A DNA stretch of 64,000 bases from the human T2T-CHM13v2.0 reference genome, Homo sapiens. This document shows, in pieces, positions 13,773 through 33,517 of the stretch (within the stretch, counting starts at the first letter, position 1; every line of letters begins with the position of its first letter). Under the pieces are notes generated by a model. The model was not told the origin of the DNA. It did not search any database and saw only the letters and a list, made by a program, of their open reading frames with translations. The translations under genes were made by a program, and so were the position numbers. The stretch is taken from assembly GCF_009914755.1 (NCBI RefSeq), contig NC_060946.1; one strand, written 5' to 3'.

Positions 13773-14794
13773 CTGGGCACAGAGGAAGCTCGTGTCAGTT
13801 TCATAGACACCCAGCTTCTGTGCTGGGTGCTGCTTCTGTGCCAGGCCCAGCTCTGCCTTCCAAGGACACCCCGGCTGGTGCAGAACCAGCACAGACACAA
13901 ACCATTTCAGTATTCTTAAGACTGGAAACCCTGCAAAGGGCTCCTAACAGCTGGAGAGTGGGGGATGCGTATGCCTGGAGTGGCCCGGGAAGGCTCCTTG
14001 TAAGAGGTGGCATTTGGACTTAGTCTGGATGAGAATCAGCTAGTCAACATGAAAAGACTCCAGGCAGCTGAAAAAACATGAGCAGAGAGACATAAGCATG
14101 AAGCAGCAGGCTGTGAGCCTGGAGGAAAGCTGTGGGTAGGCTCCAGAAGAAGCCGTGGCATGGGCTTTGGGTGGAAGGGAAGTGAGGGGTCAGATCAGGC
14201 AAGAGCCTTGAATGCCAGGCCAAGGACTGTGAGCCTCAGCCTGAGAGCAGTGGGCTTTGAGGTGGCTGAGGGATATGGAATTAATATCCCCAGACCTGAG
14301 GTGAGCAGATGCACAGAAAGGGGGGCTGGAGTGCCCACCCAGGAGTGTGAGGCAGCGACACTGGCAACAGAGGGGACCTGCCAGCCGGTGTGACAAGTGT
14401 GGGAGAGGAGCTGCCTGTTCATGGAGCAGGGGACATGCAGAAGCTGTTGGTTCCCTGTTCGTGCAGGAGGAGGGAGGGAGGAACCACAAATGCCTCCAGG
14501 GTTTCTGGTGGTGACTGGCAGATGGAGGTGGCCATCTCTAAGCCACGGCCAGGATCAGCTTTGACAGGGTGATTTGAAGCTCTCCTGGAAACCTCCTGGG
14601 CTGGGGAGAGCTACATTCCCTCACCCCACCAGGAGAAATGGTCAGAGAGGAGGCTCTGCCAGAGACTGGGTCAGAAATGGGGCTGAGCAGGTGGTCCATG
14701 GGGGCAGGAATGTGGAAGGGAGACTTTCTGCCCTCACCCTGGCCACAGATATGGCAGATGAGGCAGTTTCTACCATCCTCCCACCACTCAGTAA

Positions 14795-14941
<147 letters not shown>

Positions 14942-14943
14942 TA

Positions 14944-15240
<297 letters not shown>

Positions 15241-15479
15241 CTAACCCCAAATTCTCTTATCCCCCTCTTAAGATTTATTCTCACGATTGGGAACATAGAG
15301 ATAAGAATACTTTCTCTTCCCCATTCCTACAGAGTCAAGTAAAAGAAAACAAAAACCAAAAGAATACCTTCTGAAAGCTCAGGGAAATGAAATGCTAAAA
15401 TTTAGGCAAAACTTGCACAGTGAGAATTCCACAGTGAGTATGCAAAAGAGAGTTCTCTTCACCATCTTTTCTGACTTGA

Positions 15480-15602
<123 letters not shown>

Positions 15603-15822
15603 TGAGTAGCTGGGATTACAAGGCCCCTGCCATCACGCCCAGCTAATTTTTGTACTTTTGTAGACACAGGGTTTCAGCATGTTGGCCAGGCTGGTCTCCA
15701 ACTCCTGACCTCAGGTGATCCACGTGCACCGCCCCCCACCTTGGCCTCCCAAAATGCTGGGATTACAGGCGTGAGCCACTGCGCCTGGCCTAACTTGAAA
15801 TTCTTTAACATGCAATCACTGA

Positions 15823-16058
<236 letters not shown>

Positions 16059-17049
16059 TGACCTCAAGCGATCTGCCCGCCTCGGCCTCCCAAAGTGCTG
16101 GGATTATAGGCGTGAGCCACCACGCCTGGCCAGAAATGAATTTTCTTAACCTACATTCCAAATCCTAGCCTCACAAGCCAGGTGCAGTGGCACGCACCTG
16201 TAATCCCAGCTACTTGGGAGGCTGATGCGGGAGGACTGTTTGAGCCCAGGAGTTCAAGACCAGCCTGGGCAACAGAGCAAGACCCTGTCTTTAAAAAAAA
16301 ATAAAAGGAGGTTGGGCGCAACCAGGGTGAGGGGCTCAGTAACATCAATGTGCACACTCATCACTGACCAGAAACCTGCACCCTCAGGGCCTGCCGTGTG
16401 CAGCCCCGTGCCAGGAGGACACACTGAGAGGCTGCCGACCACCAGCCCTGCCCTCTTCCCTTGGCCAGGCATGCCTTTCTGTGTTCTGTGTTGCCTCTTT
16501 CTATTTCCTTCCACACATATGCACTCAGAGACTGGGAACTCGACCCAAGCCAGTCTGAGCCCTGGGAATGAAGAAATGGGAAGCCACCCATGACGGGCAC
16601 AAACCAAAGCAGACAGTGGTACGGAGAAAGGGAGGAGCCAGAGAAAGATGGGGACGGCTACATGGGCTGTGTGCAGAGAAGTCATGAAGGAGCAGGACTG
16701 CGAGGTGCAGGAAGGGGTTGCCAGGAAAGGCGGGGCAATCATATTGGGGTGAAATCCACAGTCAACCAAGCCAAGCAGCTCAGGAGGACCCAGGAGTGCA
16801 TGGTCTCAGCTCTCCCACCTCCCTGAAGTCCCCACCCTTAGGGTTCCTCCCCTGTCAGTCTCTGTGCTCCCACCCTCCCCTCCTGTCAGGACACAGGGCA
16901 CGTGCTGGACTTGCCGGGCTTCCATTCCAGCAGCTCAGTCACCCACAGGGCTAATCTTAGGCTCCAGAAAGAATAAAGCATGAGAAAAGCCCTGGGAATT
17001 GCCAAAGAGGGCCTTGCGCGTGGAGGGGAAGAGCGGCTAGTTCGCTTAC

Positions 17050-17109
17050 CAGGGCTGGTGGGATCTCGGTCCGCAGCCTTCCCGTGAACATGTCACTCCA
17101 GTGGCAGCG
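17050..17109 (-). CDS. RANGAP1: RANGAP1 exon 4 (60 nt, aa 81-100, contains conserved Arg91)
   Basis: CAG|CGC acceptor, CTG|GTAAGC donor; [20 protein letters not shown]. Confidence 0.97.
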
Positions 17110-17442
17110 CTGCAACGGAAAGAAGAGAAGAGTTAGCGGGAGAGAGACCCCTGGAGGCCCATAGTGAAGCCTCATCCTGGTGGATTTGAACTACCAGAGC
17201 ATCACAAGACTTTTTTCTTTTTTTTGAGACGGAGTTTCGCTCTTGTTGCCCAGGCTGGAGTGCAGTGGCGCGATCTCAGCTGATCACAATCTCCACCTCC
17301 CGGGTTCAAGCAATTCTCCTGCCTAAGCCTCCGGAGTAGCTGGGATTACAGACGTCCACCACTATGCCTGGCAAATTTTGTATTTTTAGTAGAGACAGGG
17401 TTTCTCCATTTTGGTCAGGCTGGACTTGAACTCCCGACCTCA

Positions 17443-17586
<144 letters not shown>

Positions 17587-18219
17587 TCAAATCAAGAGGC
17601 CTCCAAGAGTTATTGGGGGCTCACAAGTGTCAGGAAAATCCCTGACTTGTACAACCCTCTAGGTGGACGTGTGACGTGGTTATGGATGACAGAGAAACAT
17701 GAACATAAACAACACAGAATTCTACGTTGAGGGCCAGTGGCTCACGCCTGTAATCCCAGCACTTTGGGAGGCCGAGGCGGGCAGATCACTTGAGGTCAGG
17801 AGTTCCAGACCAGTCTGGCCAACATGGTAAAACCCCTTCTCTACAAAAAATACAAAAATTAGCATAGTGACGGGGACTTTTTAACAAAGGGAGAGCAAGC
17901 CTCAGGCTCAGAGCCATTAAACAGCAACAGCATCAAATAATAATTCAGTAACACTATTTTATTTCCTTTATTGTAAGGAATGTCAGCTTTCCATTCATAG
18001 AAGTGCTTTGAAATTACATGAAAGTTTGCTGTTTTCTTCGTTTTTTTTAAGAGATAGGTTCTCACTCTGTCGCCTAGGCTGGAGTGCAGTGGCAGAATCA
18101 TAGCTCACTGTAACCTTGACCTCCTGGCCTCAAGTGATCCTCCCACCTTAGCCTCCACAGTACCTGCTATTACAGGCATGTGACACCACTCCTGGTATGA
18201 TTCAAAGAAAGTATTAGGC

Positions 18220-19316
<1,097 letters not shown>

Positions 19317-20260
19317 TGAACTCCTGACCTCAGGTGATCCACCTGCCTCAGCCTCCCAAAGTGCTGGGATTATAGGCATGAGAGCCACCATGCCCAGCCC
19401 TCCCTTATTTTTTATTTTGAGACAGGGTCTCACTCTGTCGCCCAGGCCGGGGCGTAGCCATGCAAACACGGCTCACTGCAGCCTCGACCTCCCAGGCTCA
19501 AGCCATCCTCCCACCTCAACCTCCCAAGTAGCTGGGACTACATGTGTGTACCAACACACCCAGCTAATTTTTGTATCTTTTGTAGAGTTGGGAATCTCCC
19601 TATGTTGTCCAGGCTTGTCTCAAACTCCTGGGATCACGTGATCTGCTCCCACCGTACATACTAAGGAAGCTGGTTTTTGCAGAAAAATCCGCATATCCAC
19701 CAATAAAGCAGACCATGAACACACCTGGGGCCTCAGCTGTCTGCTCTACACCAGATCTGCTTAGTAGTTCCACCTGCACGTGGGTCCACAGGGCCAGGAA
19801 CAGGCAGCCGGAGCCGGAGCGCCACAGTCCCTCACAACAGATACCGGCAGGTCATTCGGAACAAAGCTCCCCAAACCTAACTCTAATGAGCTAACAGTCA
19901 GCATAGGACTCTAGGGCACACCGCCTGGCTTCCAATCCTGATTTAGCTGACTCCAGCCATCACTCCCCCTCTCCAGCCTCTGGTATCCTATCTCTGAAAT
20001 GAGGTTTTAGGTCCTAATGATCTCCCACGAGAACAGCAAAGCAGTTAAGAGCTTGCTTGGGTTGGGCACATTGGCTCACGCCGATAATTCCAGCACTTTG
20101 GAAGGCCAAAGTGGGAAGACTGCTTGAGCCTAGGAGATCAAGATCAGACTGGGCAACAAAGCAAGACCCCATCATTAAAAAAAAAAAAAAAATTAGCTGG
20201 GCATTGTGGCACACACATGGTCCCAGCTACCTGGGGGGCTGAGATGGAAGGATCACTTGA

Positions 20261-20443
<183 letters not shown>

Positions 20444-20500
20444 TGAGACCATCCTGGCTAACATGGTGAAACCCGTCTCTACTAAAAATACAAAAAATTA

Positions 20501-20794
<294 letters not shown>

Positions 20795-22718
20795 TCAGCA
20801 CTACGCCCGGAACACTGGGCCATCAAGGGCAGATCCCACCCTGCCCCTGCCCTGGGCTGCTTCCTGCACAGAGGAGGGCCTAGGAGGTGGTGTGCAGTGA
20901 TTCACTCGAGCCACTGCATCTGTAGCAGGCGGGAAGGTGCATGCAGCACTCCTACCGGCCAGGCTCTCCCAGGACAACCTCTGAGGAAGAAGGAAGGGCT
21001 CTATCTCCTATTTCATATAAGAGCCCAGCCTCAGAGCTGCACGCAGGGCAAGGCCACGTACGGCAAACAAGGTGGTGCTGTTAGGGCTTGATCCCATGTG
21101 CCGAAAGCAAGCTCAGCTCCTGCTGAGTCCTGTAGCCTTCAGGCCCATGGCTCCTTCATTCCTGTTCTTCACAGGTCTCGGGGAGGGCTGAGTTCTGAGT
21201 TCTTTGGTTGGAAAACATCCCAGCTTATGCTCAGGGAAAGTACAGGCCCCAGGCAGGAGAGCAGAAACAATCACTGTCTTGGTGGTTAACTTGACCATGA
21301 CCTTCCTAAGGAAACAAATATGTAGTGCCACTTTGTAAACTAGTTTGCAGGCCCTTCCGGCGTGAATCCTCTCATGGCCCCCAGTCCCATATTCCTCCTC
21401 CTGCAGAAACTGGCACCACAGAGAGAACACTGATCTCAGGAGTGTGATGTGTGGCTTGGCCACATCTCTGCTATTTTTTTTTCTTTTTTTTGAGATGGAG
21501 TCTCGCTCTGTTGCTAGGCTGGAGGGCAGTGGCGTGATCTTGGCTCACTGCAACCTCTGCCTCCTGGTTTCAAGTGATTCTCCTGCCTCAGCCTCCTGAG
21601 TAGCTGGGACTACAGGCACACGCCACCACACCCAGCAAATTTTTGTATTTTGAGATGGGATTTCACCATGTTGGCCAGGATGGTCTTGATCTCTTGACCT
21701 TGTGATCTGCCCGCCTTGGCCTCCCAAAGTGCTAGGATTACAGGCGTGACCCACCAGGCCCGGCTTTTTTTTTTCTTTTTTTGAGACAGGGTCTTGCTCT
21801 GTCGCTCAGGCTGGAGTGTAGTGGTGCAATCTTGGCTCACTGAAACCACTGCCTCCCAGGCTCAAGCGATCCTCTCATCTTAGCCTCCCAAGGAGCTGGG
21901 ACCATAGGTGCACACCACCATGCCGGGCTAATTTTTGTACTTTTTGTAGAGACGGGGTTTCACCATGTTGTCCAAGCTGGTCTCGAACTTCTGGGCCTTG
22001 GCCTTCCAAAGTGCTGGGATTATAGCTGTGAGCCATCGTGCCCGACTGATCGTGGCTATTTAATGAGCCCCTCTGAGCCTCAGTTCCCTTGACTTATAAA
22101 TGGAGACTCAACCCAGTCTCTTCCCTGGTTGCTGTGAGCAGGCAATGACATGCAGAAGAGCCCAGCCCAACCCCAGCCATGCACATATGAAGAGACAATG
22201 CCATTCTGGAACTCTGGTCTCTCTCCCTCATGACTTTGGAATTTCAAAGAGAGGGGAATACCCAGTGACATCTCCCAACGCTTTGAACATGACACTCTTG
22301 CTTTTCTCACAGAGCGTATCAGAAGACTGGTGTTTAGGAGAACCTGTTTGGGGAACACGGGGCTAGAATAACCTGACTTGCCCTTTGCGTTGGCCAAAAA
22401 GGGCACCACTTGGATCTAACCTTCAGGAGAACTTGCCAGCCGCACGCAGTGGCTCACGCCTGTAATCCCAGCACATTGGGAGGCCAAGGCAGACAAATCA
22501 CAAGGTCAGGAGTTCGACACCAGCCTGGCCAACATAGTGAAACCCCGTCTCTACTAAAAATACAAAAAATTAGCTGGGCAAGGTGGTGAGTGCACATAAT
22601 CCTAGCTACTTGGCAGGCTGAGGCAGAAGAATCACTTGAACCTGGGAGGTGGAGGTTGCAGCAAGCCAAGATCGCACCACTGCACACCAGCCCGGGTGAC
22701 AGTGTGAGACTCCATCTC

Positions 22719-22749
<31 letters not shown>

Positions 22750-22865
22750 CGGGAGCAGTGGCTCATGCCTGTAATCCCAGCACTTTGGGAGGCCGAGGCG
22801 GGCAGATCACAAGGTCAGGAATTCGAGACCATCCTGGCTAACACAGTGAAACCCCATCTCTACTA

Positions 22866-23105
<240 letters not shown>

Positions 23106-23552
23106 CTATTGCTGCGGCATTTGAGCTGAGGCCTGGCCACTTCTGCCCAACATGAGATTCCTTTAAATGGGCAATCTTTGCTCTGAAACTCCCAGAGGGT
23201 GGGTCTGTCAGAGCAGCCTCACAGTCAGAGGCTCCTGCTGGTTATTTCTGCAACCTTCCCACCTCACATGTGACAGCTCTGCATTATGAGAAGGCTCTCC
23301 CTACTTTGTCTTTCACAGGTGTCATGCCAATAATCCTCCTGCACCCCAACACCCTCTCAAGGTCTGCTGACTACAGGGAGAGGGTCCCTAGCCAATGCTG
23401 TGTGCCCTGGGGAGGCCAGAGGAAGAGGAGCTGCTTGGGGTACAGCCACACAGGCAGGGGCCTGGAAGAGACTGGACACAGGCAGGGGTTGTGGAAGTGT
23501 GAACAGAAGCTTGTTCAAACCAGCCTGGGCCTACTCGCCCCACTCTGCTCAC

Positions 23553-23680
23553 CTTCAACTCCGACTTCTTCTCTAAGGCCTTGGCGATGACCCTGGCTGC
23601 TTCCACGCCCACTGTGTTGCCTTCCAGACGCAGAGCCTCCAAGCTGTCAAAGTCTTCAATCTCTTTAATCACATCTTTAG
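23553..23680 (-). CDS. RANGAP1: RANGAP1 exon 3 (128 nt)
   Basis: CAG|CTAAA acceptor, AAG|GTGAGC donor; [42 protein letters not shown]; cumulative CDS 240 nt. Confidence 0.97.
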
Positions 23681-24150
23681 CTGCCAGGGACCAAAGAGCA
23701 GAACCTTAGGCTTTTGGAATCACAAACAGCTAAGATAGGAGAGAGGTTGGCAACCACCTTGCCACTCAACAGTCTATGGTGCACCTACCATGCAATGAGC
23801 CTTGGCTTACAGAGAATCAGACAGGCTCATGGTCCAGAGTACAGAGCTATGCAGATGATTTCTCTGTAATGAGTGTTAAAACCAGGCATGTAGAGAGGCT
23901 TGGGAGCCGAGGGAAAAGAGCAACTGGATGCTCACAGCAAAGAAGACTTTGCCAAGTAGGTGGTGTGTGTGGAGCCTCCAAAGATGGGCAGTGTACCAGG
24001 CCAAGCAGAGAAACGGCACCCAAGCCAGAGGGCCAGCAGGCACGATGGCACAAAGGCTTTCATTGTTAAGTGATTCATGTGTGGGGTGTTTGTCCACTAC
24101 TGTACTATTTTATTTTGATGAAACATTCCAAACCACCTAAATGTCCATCA

Positions 24151-24527
<377 letters not shown>

Positions 24528-25372
24528 TCAAGACCAGCCTGACCAATATAGTGAAACCCCATCTTCACTAAAAATACAAAAATTAGCTGGGCGTGATGGC
24601 ACATGCCTGTAATCCCAGCTACTCAGGAAGCTGAGGCAGGAGAATCACCTGAACCTGGGAGGCGGAAGTTGTAGTGAGCCGAGATCACACCACTACACTC
24701 TAGCCTGGGCGACACAGTGAGACTCTGTCTCAAGAAAAAAAAAAAAAAAATTAGGCTGGTGTGGTGGCGTGCACCTGTAGTCTCAGCTACTTGGGAGGCT
24801 GAGCTGGGAGGATCAGCTGAGCCTGAGAAGTTGAGGCTGCAATGAGCCATGATCATGCCATAGCACTCCAGCCAGGGGGACAGAGCAAGACCCTGCCTTC
24901 TCAAAACAAAACAAACAAAAAAAGAGAGACAGGAAGACAGAGAGGAGGACAGAGGTTCACTGTGGCACGTTACACAAATAGTTATACCAGCACTGCTATG
25001 AAAGATGACACAGGTGTTTCTGACTTGGAAAAATCTGTTATAGCAATAAGTGAAAAATTAGGTTACTCAAGCATTTGGGCTGATCACTCTTTAAAAACAT
25101 ATGTATTCACACACAAACACACATGCACACATGTGCATAAAACAAGGTCTAGAAACATAGAAACCAAATGCTATAGCAGTTCTCTCTAGCTGGTAGGATA
25201 ATGGGTGATTGTGTGTTTTTCACTATTTGAAGTAAAATGTTCTCAATATATCAGGTTATATAGCAGCTTTTAAAAGATCTATAATATAATCCCAATTAAA
25301 AACAAAATGGGCTGGGAGTAGTGGCTCACACCTGTAATCCCAGCACTTTGGGAGGCTGAGGCCTGAGGATCA

Positions 25373-25558
<186 letters not shown>

Positions 25559-25972
25559 CTAATCCCTGGGCAACAAGAGCGAAACTCCGTTTCAAAAAAC
25601 AAACAAAACAAAATGAACTCAGCTATGTTCAGGAAAAAAAAAAAGACTAGGCTGGGCGCGGTGGCTCACGCCTGTAATCCCAGCACTTTGGGAGGCCAAG
25701 GCGGGCGGATCGTGAGGTCAGGAGTTCAGGAGTTCAAGAACAGCCTGGCCAACATGGTAAACCCCGTCTCTACTAAAAATACAAAAATTAGTTGGGCATG
25801 GTAGCGCATGCCTGTAATCCCAGCTGCTCGGAAGGCTGAGGCATAATTGCTTGAACTGGGACCCAGGAGGCGGAGGTAGCAGTGAGCGAGATCTTGCCAC
25901 TGCACTCCAGCCTGGGCTACAGAGCGAGACTGTTTCTCAGAAAAAAAAAAAAAAAGACTGTGTTAGAAATAA

Positions 25973-26331
<359 letters not shown>

Positions 26332-26607
26332 GAAAGTGAGGATATATTTTTTCCCTGTTCTTTGAATGTTTCTGTATTCTATAATAAACCTGCATTAATT
26401 GTATAATCTGAACAAAACCAAAACTTACATGAAACAAAAAGTTGAGTCTGGCTGGTACAGGATGGAGTAGGGTGACATGTGGGAGGGAAGAGATAGAGAT
26501 GGGTATGGGAGATAAAGTTTGAACTTGACCTTCTGGTCAAGAAGGGTCTTGAGAAAGGACTTATAACCTAGCAGGGGCTCCCTAAGAAGTTGTCCAAGGT
26601 GGGTCCA

Positions 26608-26728
26608 AGTTTCCCTGGTTGGGCCAGAACCCAAGGATGGCTCACTGATGCGGGTACCTTCACTTCCAGATGCCAGGGGATTCAGGGTTGGTCAGTGCCA
26701 GCCAAGCCTTGGCAAGGGATGAAAAGAC
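26608..26728. repeat. Copy 1 of a ~120-bp local direct duplication
   Basis: Hand alignment to 29222-29343 gives ~12 mismatches and 1 gap (~89% identity). Confidence 0.9.
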
Positions 26729-26960
26729 TTCCTGGGTGCTCTTAAAGTAAAAGTGAGACCTCTCCCTGCCTTACTTCCCAGAGCCTTTTCACTTGTTTTC
26801 ATAGAGTATATTCACATTTTGCCTTCACTTAGTTACCTGGGTATATCATTCCTATTCCAGATTTGCTGCTTCTTAGGAGCTGGGTAAGCTGGGCACCCCT
26901 GGGGACTTACAAAATGGGAGACACCACATTCAGCCTGTGCTGGGAGAGTAAAGAAGTTAA

Positions 26961-27321
<361 letters not shown>

Positions 27322-27905
27322 TCATTAAAGCTGTGCCCTTAGGCATGTCATACCACCTCCCTAAACCTCAGTTTTCCAATCTGCAAAATGGAAATGCAAT
27401 CTATCTCAAAGGATTTTGTGAAGATAAACTGAGATACTATTTATCTGGCACTTAATACCCTTATCTGACACAGTGTTCAATAAATGGCATTTGCCATCAA
27501 ATCTCTGTTTCCTAAACGGAGCTCAATGTCTAATTAGAAGCACAGGAATAGGGATTTCACTGAACCTCTGTGAAAATCCTAGCTCTGCTATTTATCAAAT
27601 GTGTGACCTTGGTCAAGTTACTTAAAGTCTCCTAAATTCCTTTTTCTCATTTATAAAACAGCAACATTCCAATCTATCTCCCACAAGGGTGACGCAAGCA
27701 TCAAAAGTGATAAACGAGGTCAAAGTGGGCGGATCACCTGAGGTCAAGAATTCAAAACCAGCCTGGCCAACATGGCAAAACCCCGTCTCTACTAAAAATA
27801 CAAAAATAAGGGGCCGGGCACGGTGGCTCACGCCTGTAATCCCAACACTTTGGGAGGCCGAGGTGAGAGGATCATGAGGTCAGGAGATCGAGACCATCTT
27901 GGCTA

Positions 27906-28202
<297 letters not shown>

Positions 28203-28318
28203 TCACCTGAGGTCAGGAGTTCTAGACCAGCCTGTCCAACATGGTAAAACCCCATCCCTACTAAAATACAAAAAATTAGCGGAGCATGGTGGTGGGTGCT
28301 TATAGTCCTAGCTACTCA

Positions 28319-28450
<132 letters not shown>

Positions 28451-28590
28451 TTAGCTGGGCATGGTTGTACACACCTGTAGTCCCAGCTACCCAGGAGGCT
28501 GAGGCATGAGAATTGCCTGAACCCAGGCAGAGGTTAAAGTGAGCTGAGATTGCACCACCACACTCCAGCCTGGGCAACAGAGCAAGACTA

Positions 28591-28785
<195 letters not shown>

Positions 28786-29221
28786 TCACGCCTGTAATCC
28801 GAACACTTTGGGAGGCCAAGGTGGGCAGATCACCTGAGATGAGGAGTTCGAGAGCATCCTGACCAATATGGCAAAACCCTATCTCTACTAAAAATACAAA
28901 AATTAGCCGGGTGTGGTGGTGGGCGCCTGTAATCCCAGCTACTCAGGAGGCTGAGGCAGGAGAACTGCTCGAACCCGTGAGGCAGAGGTTTGCAGTGAGC
29001 TGAGATCGTGCCACTGCACTCTAGCCTGGGTGACAGAGACTCCATCTCAAAAAAAAAAAGTGATAAATGCACAGGGAGGAAGTCTATAAACGTTAGACCT
29101 TATGGAGATGTTAGGAACATGCATCAGCACGCTCCCAGCTACCCAAGGACTCAAGCAGCCTCCGACCTGGAGAGGAGAACAAGGCTGCCTACACAACATG
29201 ACAACCAGGCATGTCCAGACC

Positions 29222-29343
29222 AGTTCCCCTGGTTGGGCCAGAATCCCAGGAGGCCTCACTTGATGCAGGTGCCTTCACTTGCAGGTGCCAGGTGATTCAG
29301 GGTTGGTCAGTGGCAGCCAAGCCTTGACAAGGGATGAAAAGAC
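29222..29343. repeat. Copy 2 of a ~120-bp local direct duplication
   Basis: Same orientation as 26608-26728; shared core GATTCAGGGTTGGTCAGTG.CAGCCAAGCCTTG.CAAGGGATGAAAAGAC. Confidence 0.9.
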
Positions 29344-29886
29344 AGGGTCTGCTCTCTGGTTCCTAGTTTTCTGTGGTTGCAATACCTGTATACACACAGA
29401 CAGCCATCCCTCTCCCAGGTACATCTGGTTGCATGAACCAGCATCTCCCAAGAGGGCCCAGGTTGTTTTAATGCAGCTCCACCAGAGCCTCAGCTCTGGG
29501 GAAAGCTGCAGCTATTCCCAGGCCTGCCTGGGATCATGGGGGTTAAGGGCAAGGGTGGGGACAACACCGGATATTAAGTCAGAGTCAGAGGCTGTATCTT
29601 GGGACTGGCACTAACTGTGGCCCCTCATTACCTATCATCCCCTCCTGAGAAAGAAAGGGCAGGGCACAAAGGGATGCCCAATACAAACATGGAAAGTGCA
29701 GGGGAGCTTGCTCCTGGGCAAATGATCTCTGAGCCTCATTGTTAGAATAGGCCCAATGATACCTCACAGAGCTGCTGGGACAAATAATGGAGACAATGTA
29801 GCAGAAAGAGCCTGACAACCAGTAAGAGTTCAGTACACTCCCTCTCCTCCCCTGGACACACCAGTGCACAACTTCCAGAAACTCAC

Positions 29887-29998
29887 CATCTTCTGCAGTG
29901 TTGAGTTTGAGGCTCTTGCCTTTGAAACTCAGCTGTCCCCCGGCCACCTGAGTCTTGGCAAGTGTCTCTGCCAGCTTGGCAATGTCTTCCGAGGCCAT
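29887..29998 (-). CDS. RANGAP1: RANGAP1 exon 2 coding part (start codon; 112 nt)
   Basis: AACATGG strong Kozak context; [37 protein letters not shown]; ATG|GTGAGT donor. Confidence 0.98.
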
Positions 29999-30036
29999 GT
30001 TGACTAGGCTGGTGGGCTCCCCTGGAGATCTGCAGA
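29999..30036 (-). other. RANGAP1: RANGAP1 exon 2 5'UTR part (38 nt)
   Basis: First AG after the pyrimidine tract, CCTCCTCAG|TCTGCAG; two more CAGs lie 7 and 15 nt downstream. Confidence 0.8.
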
Positions 30037-30760
30037 CTGAGGAGGCCAAAGTTGCAGTAAGAAAAAGGAGTCTCCTGGGGCCCCTGGTTGGGGGCAGGGT
30101 AGGACATCAGCCATCTCAGGAGTCTGACCCTACCTCCCCTGCTATGGAGACCCTAGAGATAAACCACTGGAAGAAAGGAAAACAGCATCAGAGAAGGAAC
30201 AGTTCTAGAAGGTGCAGGAGGTAGTAAAAGAACAGAAAAATCATGTCTTAGCCTATAAGAAGCTACTATCTCATTACAAGTCCTCCTCTGCTAAACTGCC
30301 GCAGCTGGACACCCAGCAACACCATGTGAGCTGCCCATTTCCTGGGCCCCTTCAGTGAATGGCAGTCAAGTCCCAAACCAAAGGCTGCAGAGTCTGGCCC
30401 AAGCACACACCTGCTTGAGCATCTTGGCTGTTCTCTGTTTGAGGGTCCCATTCCTCAAACAGGACACAGATGGCTATGGGATCCAGATCATTCATCCCAG
30501 AGAATGCCCCACCACCCACGCTGGCATGACTCTGGGGTGGGGCACAGGGGTCAGCCCCACTGCACGTCTGGTTTCAACCGTGGCCGGGAGACTGGGCAGG
30601 CCACAATGGCCCCTCAGGGGTTTCTAGATCAGAGATCGCCACATCACAACAGCTACCATCATAATAGGACAGGGACAGGGCTGCTACCTATGAAGCCCTA
30701 CTATACTCAAGTCTACCAGAAGATTTGGGTAGAAATGGGGTTGATAAGCCTCACTATTTA

Positions 30761-31142
<382 letters not shown>

Positions 31143-32245
31143 CTACTGGAGAGGCTGAGGCAGGAGGATCATTTGAGCCCAGGAGTTCAAAGCTGCAGTA
31201 AGCTATGACTGCCACTGCACTCCAGCCTGGGCAACAGCGGGAGGCTCTATCTCTAAAAGTAACTAAATAAATGAAAGAATTTTTTTTTTTTGAGACGGAG
31301 TCTCGCTCAGTCGCCCAGGCTGGAGCACAGTGGCGCCATCTGGGCTCACTGCAAGCTCCGCCTCCAAGGTTCATGTCATTCTCCTGCCTCAGCCTCCTGA
31401 GTAGCTGGGATTACAGGCACCCACCACCATGTCCAGCTAATTTTTTTGTATTTTTAGTAGAGACAGGGTTTCACCGTGTGTTAGCCAGGATGGTCTCGAT
31501 CTCCTGACCTCGTGATCCACTCGCCTCAGCCTCCCAAAGTGCTGGGATTACACGCATGAGCCACCACGCTTGGCCAATAAATGAAAATTTTTAAAACAAG
31601 TAAAGCTTTGAGAACTCCTGCGCCTGCTCATGGTACTCCAGCTTTACTTGGAGTACATGTGAGATTAAATGTCTCAATGTGTACTGCCTATAAATTGAAG
31701 CCAGCTATATTAGACAGGAACGTGGAACATCACTACATACCTGAATAGTGTTTACTTTGTGGTATGAATAAACGTATCTGTGAGATGCTCCAAAAAAAGA
31801 AAAGAAACAGCAAGTAATCAGGAGAGACCAAGGAAGCAGATATGAGGGGCAGAACTAGGGGGTGCTATCCGAAAGGCCTCCTCCTACAACCTCCTCATTC
31901 TCAGATACAGTTGTGATACCCTGAATCCTCCCACCCCTAGGCTTCCTCTGGGTTCTAACTTATAACCCTGGTTTGTCTGCCTTTATCAATAAGCATGAAT
32001 TATTATCCTGGGTAAGGTGTCCACTCATTCATTCAAAAACACATTGATTACTACTGTGTGCTGGATGTTGTTCCAGGTCAGCAGTATAGCAGTAAAGGAA
32101 GCATAAACCCTGACCTCTTGAAGCATATGTTCTAAATGACACATTTAGTATGTGATTTAAAAAAAAAAGGGGGGGGTTGGGGGGCCGGGAGTGGTGGTTC
32201 ACGGCTGTAATCTCAGCACTTTGGGAGACCGAGGCAGGTGGATCA

Positions 32246-32535
<290 letters not shown>

Positions 32536-32981
32536 TTAAATAAAGATATCAGGGATTGGGCCATGCACACATCTGGGGGAACATGATTCCTGCAAAGGGA
32601 ATAGCAAATGCAATGGCTCTTGTAGGGGCAGAGGGTTGGAGAAACTGCAACAGGGCCAGTGGGGCTGAAGCACAGAGAGAGAGGAAAAAAACAAGGTAAG
32701 AGAAGAGACAGTTAACAAGGGGCCCAAGTCATAAAGCCCATTTGAAGAACAGTGGCTTTCGCTATAAGTGACAAGGAAAACCACTGAAGTTTTTAGCAGA
32801 AAGCAGATGTCATCTGACGTACATTTTGACAGGATCACTCTACTTGCCACAGAGCCTGGCATTTAGAAGGTGCTCAAGAAACGACCAGTTGAAATTGCAT
32901 AAAAATTAACCAGGCCAGGGCCGGGCGCAAAGGCTCACACCTATAATCCTAGTACTTTGGGAGGCTGAGGTGGGCGGATCA

Positions 32982-33230
<249 letters not shown>

Positions 33231-33412
33231 TTAACCAGGCCGGGTGCGGTAGCTCACGCCTATAATCTCAGCACTTTGGGAGGCTGAGGTGGGTGGATTA
33301 CCTGAGGTCGGGAGTTCGAGACCACCCTGGCCAACATGGAGAAACCCTGTCTCTACCAAAAATACAAAATTAACCGGGCGTGGTGGCACATGCCTGTAAT
33401 CCCAGCTACTCA

Positions 33413-33517
<105 letters not shown>

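Noticed and set aside
29205-29345. Duplicated segment as an intronic snoRNA pair
   Set aside because: Size fits and copy 2 has a 3' ACA on the minus strand, but I see no H box or terminal C/D boxes, and copy 1 lacks the ACA. An Rfam cmscan would settle it.
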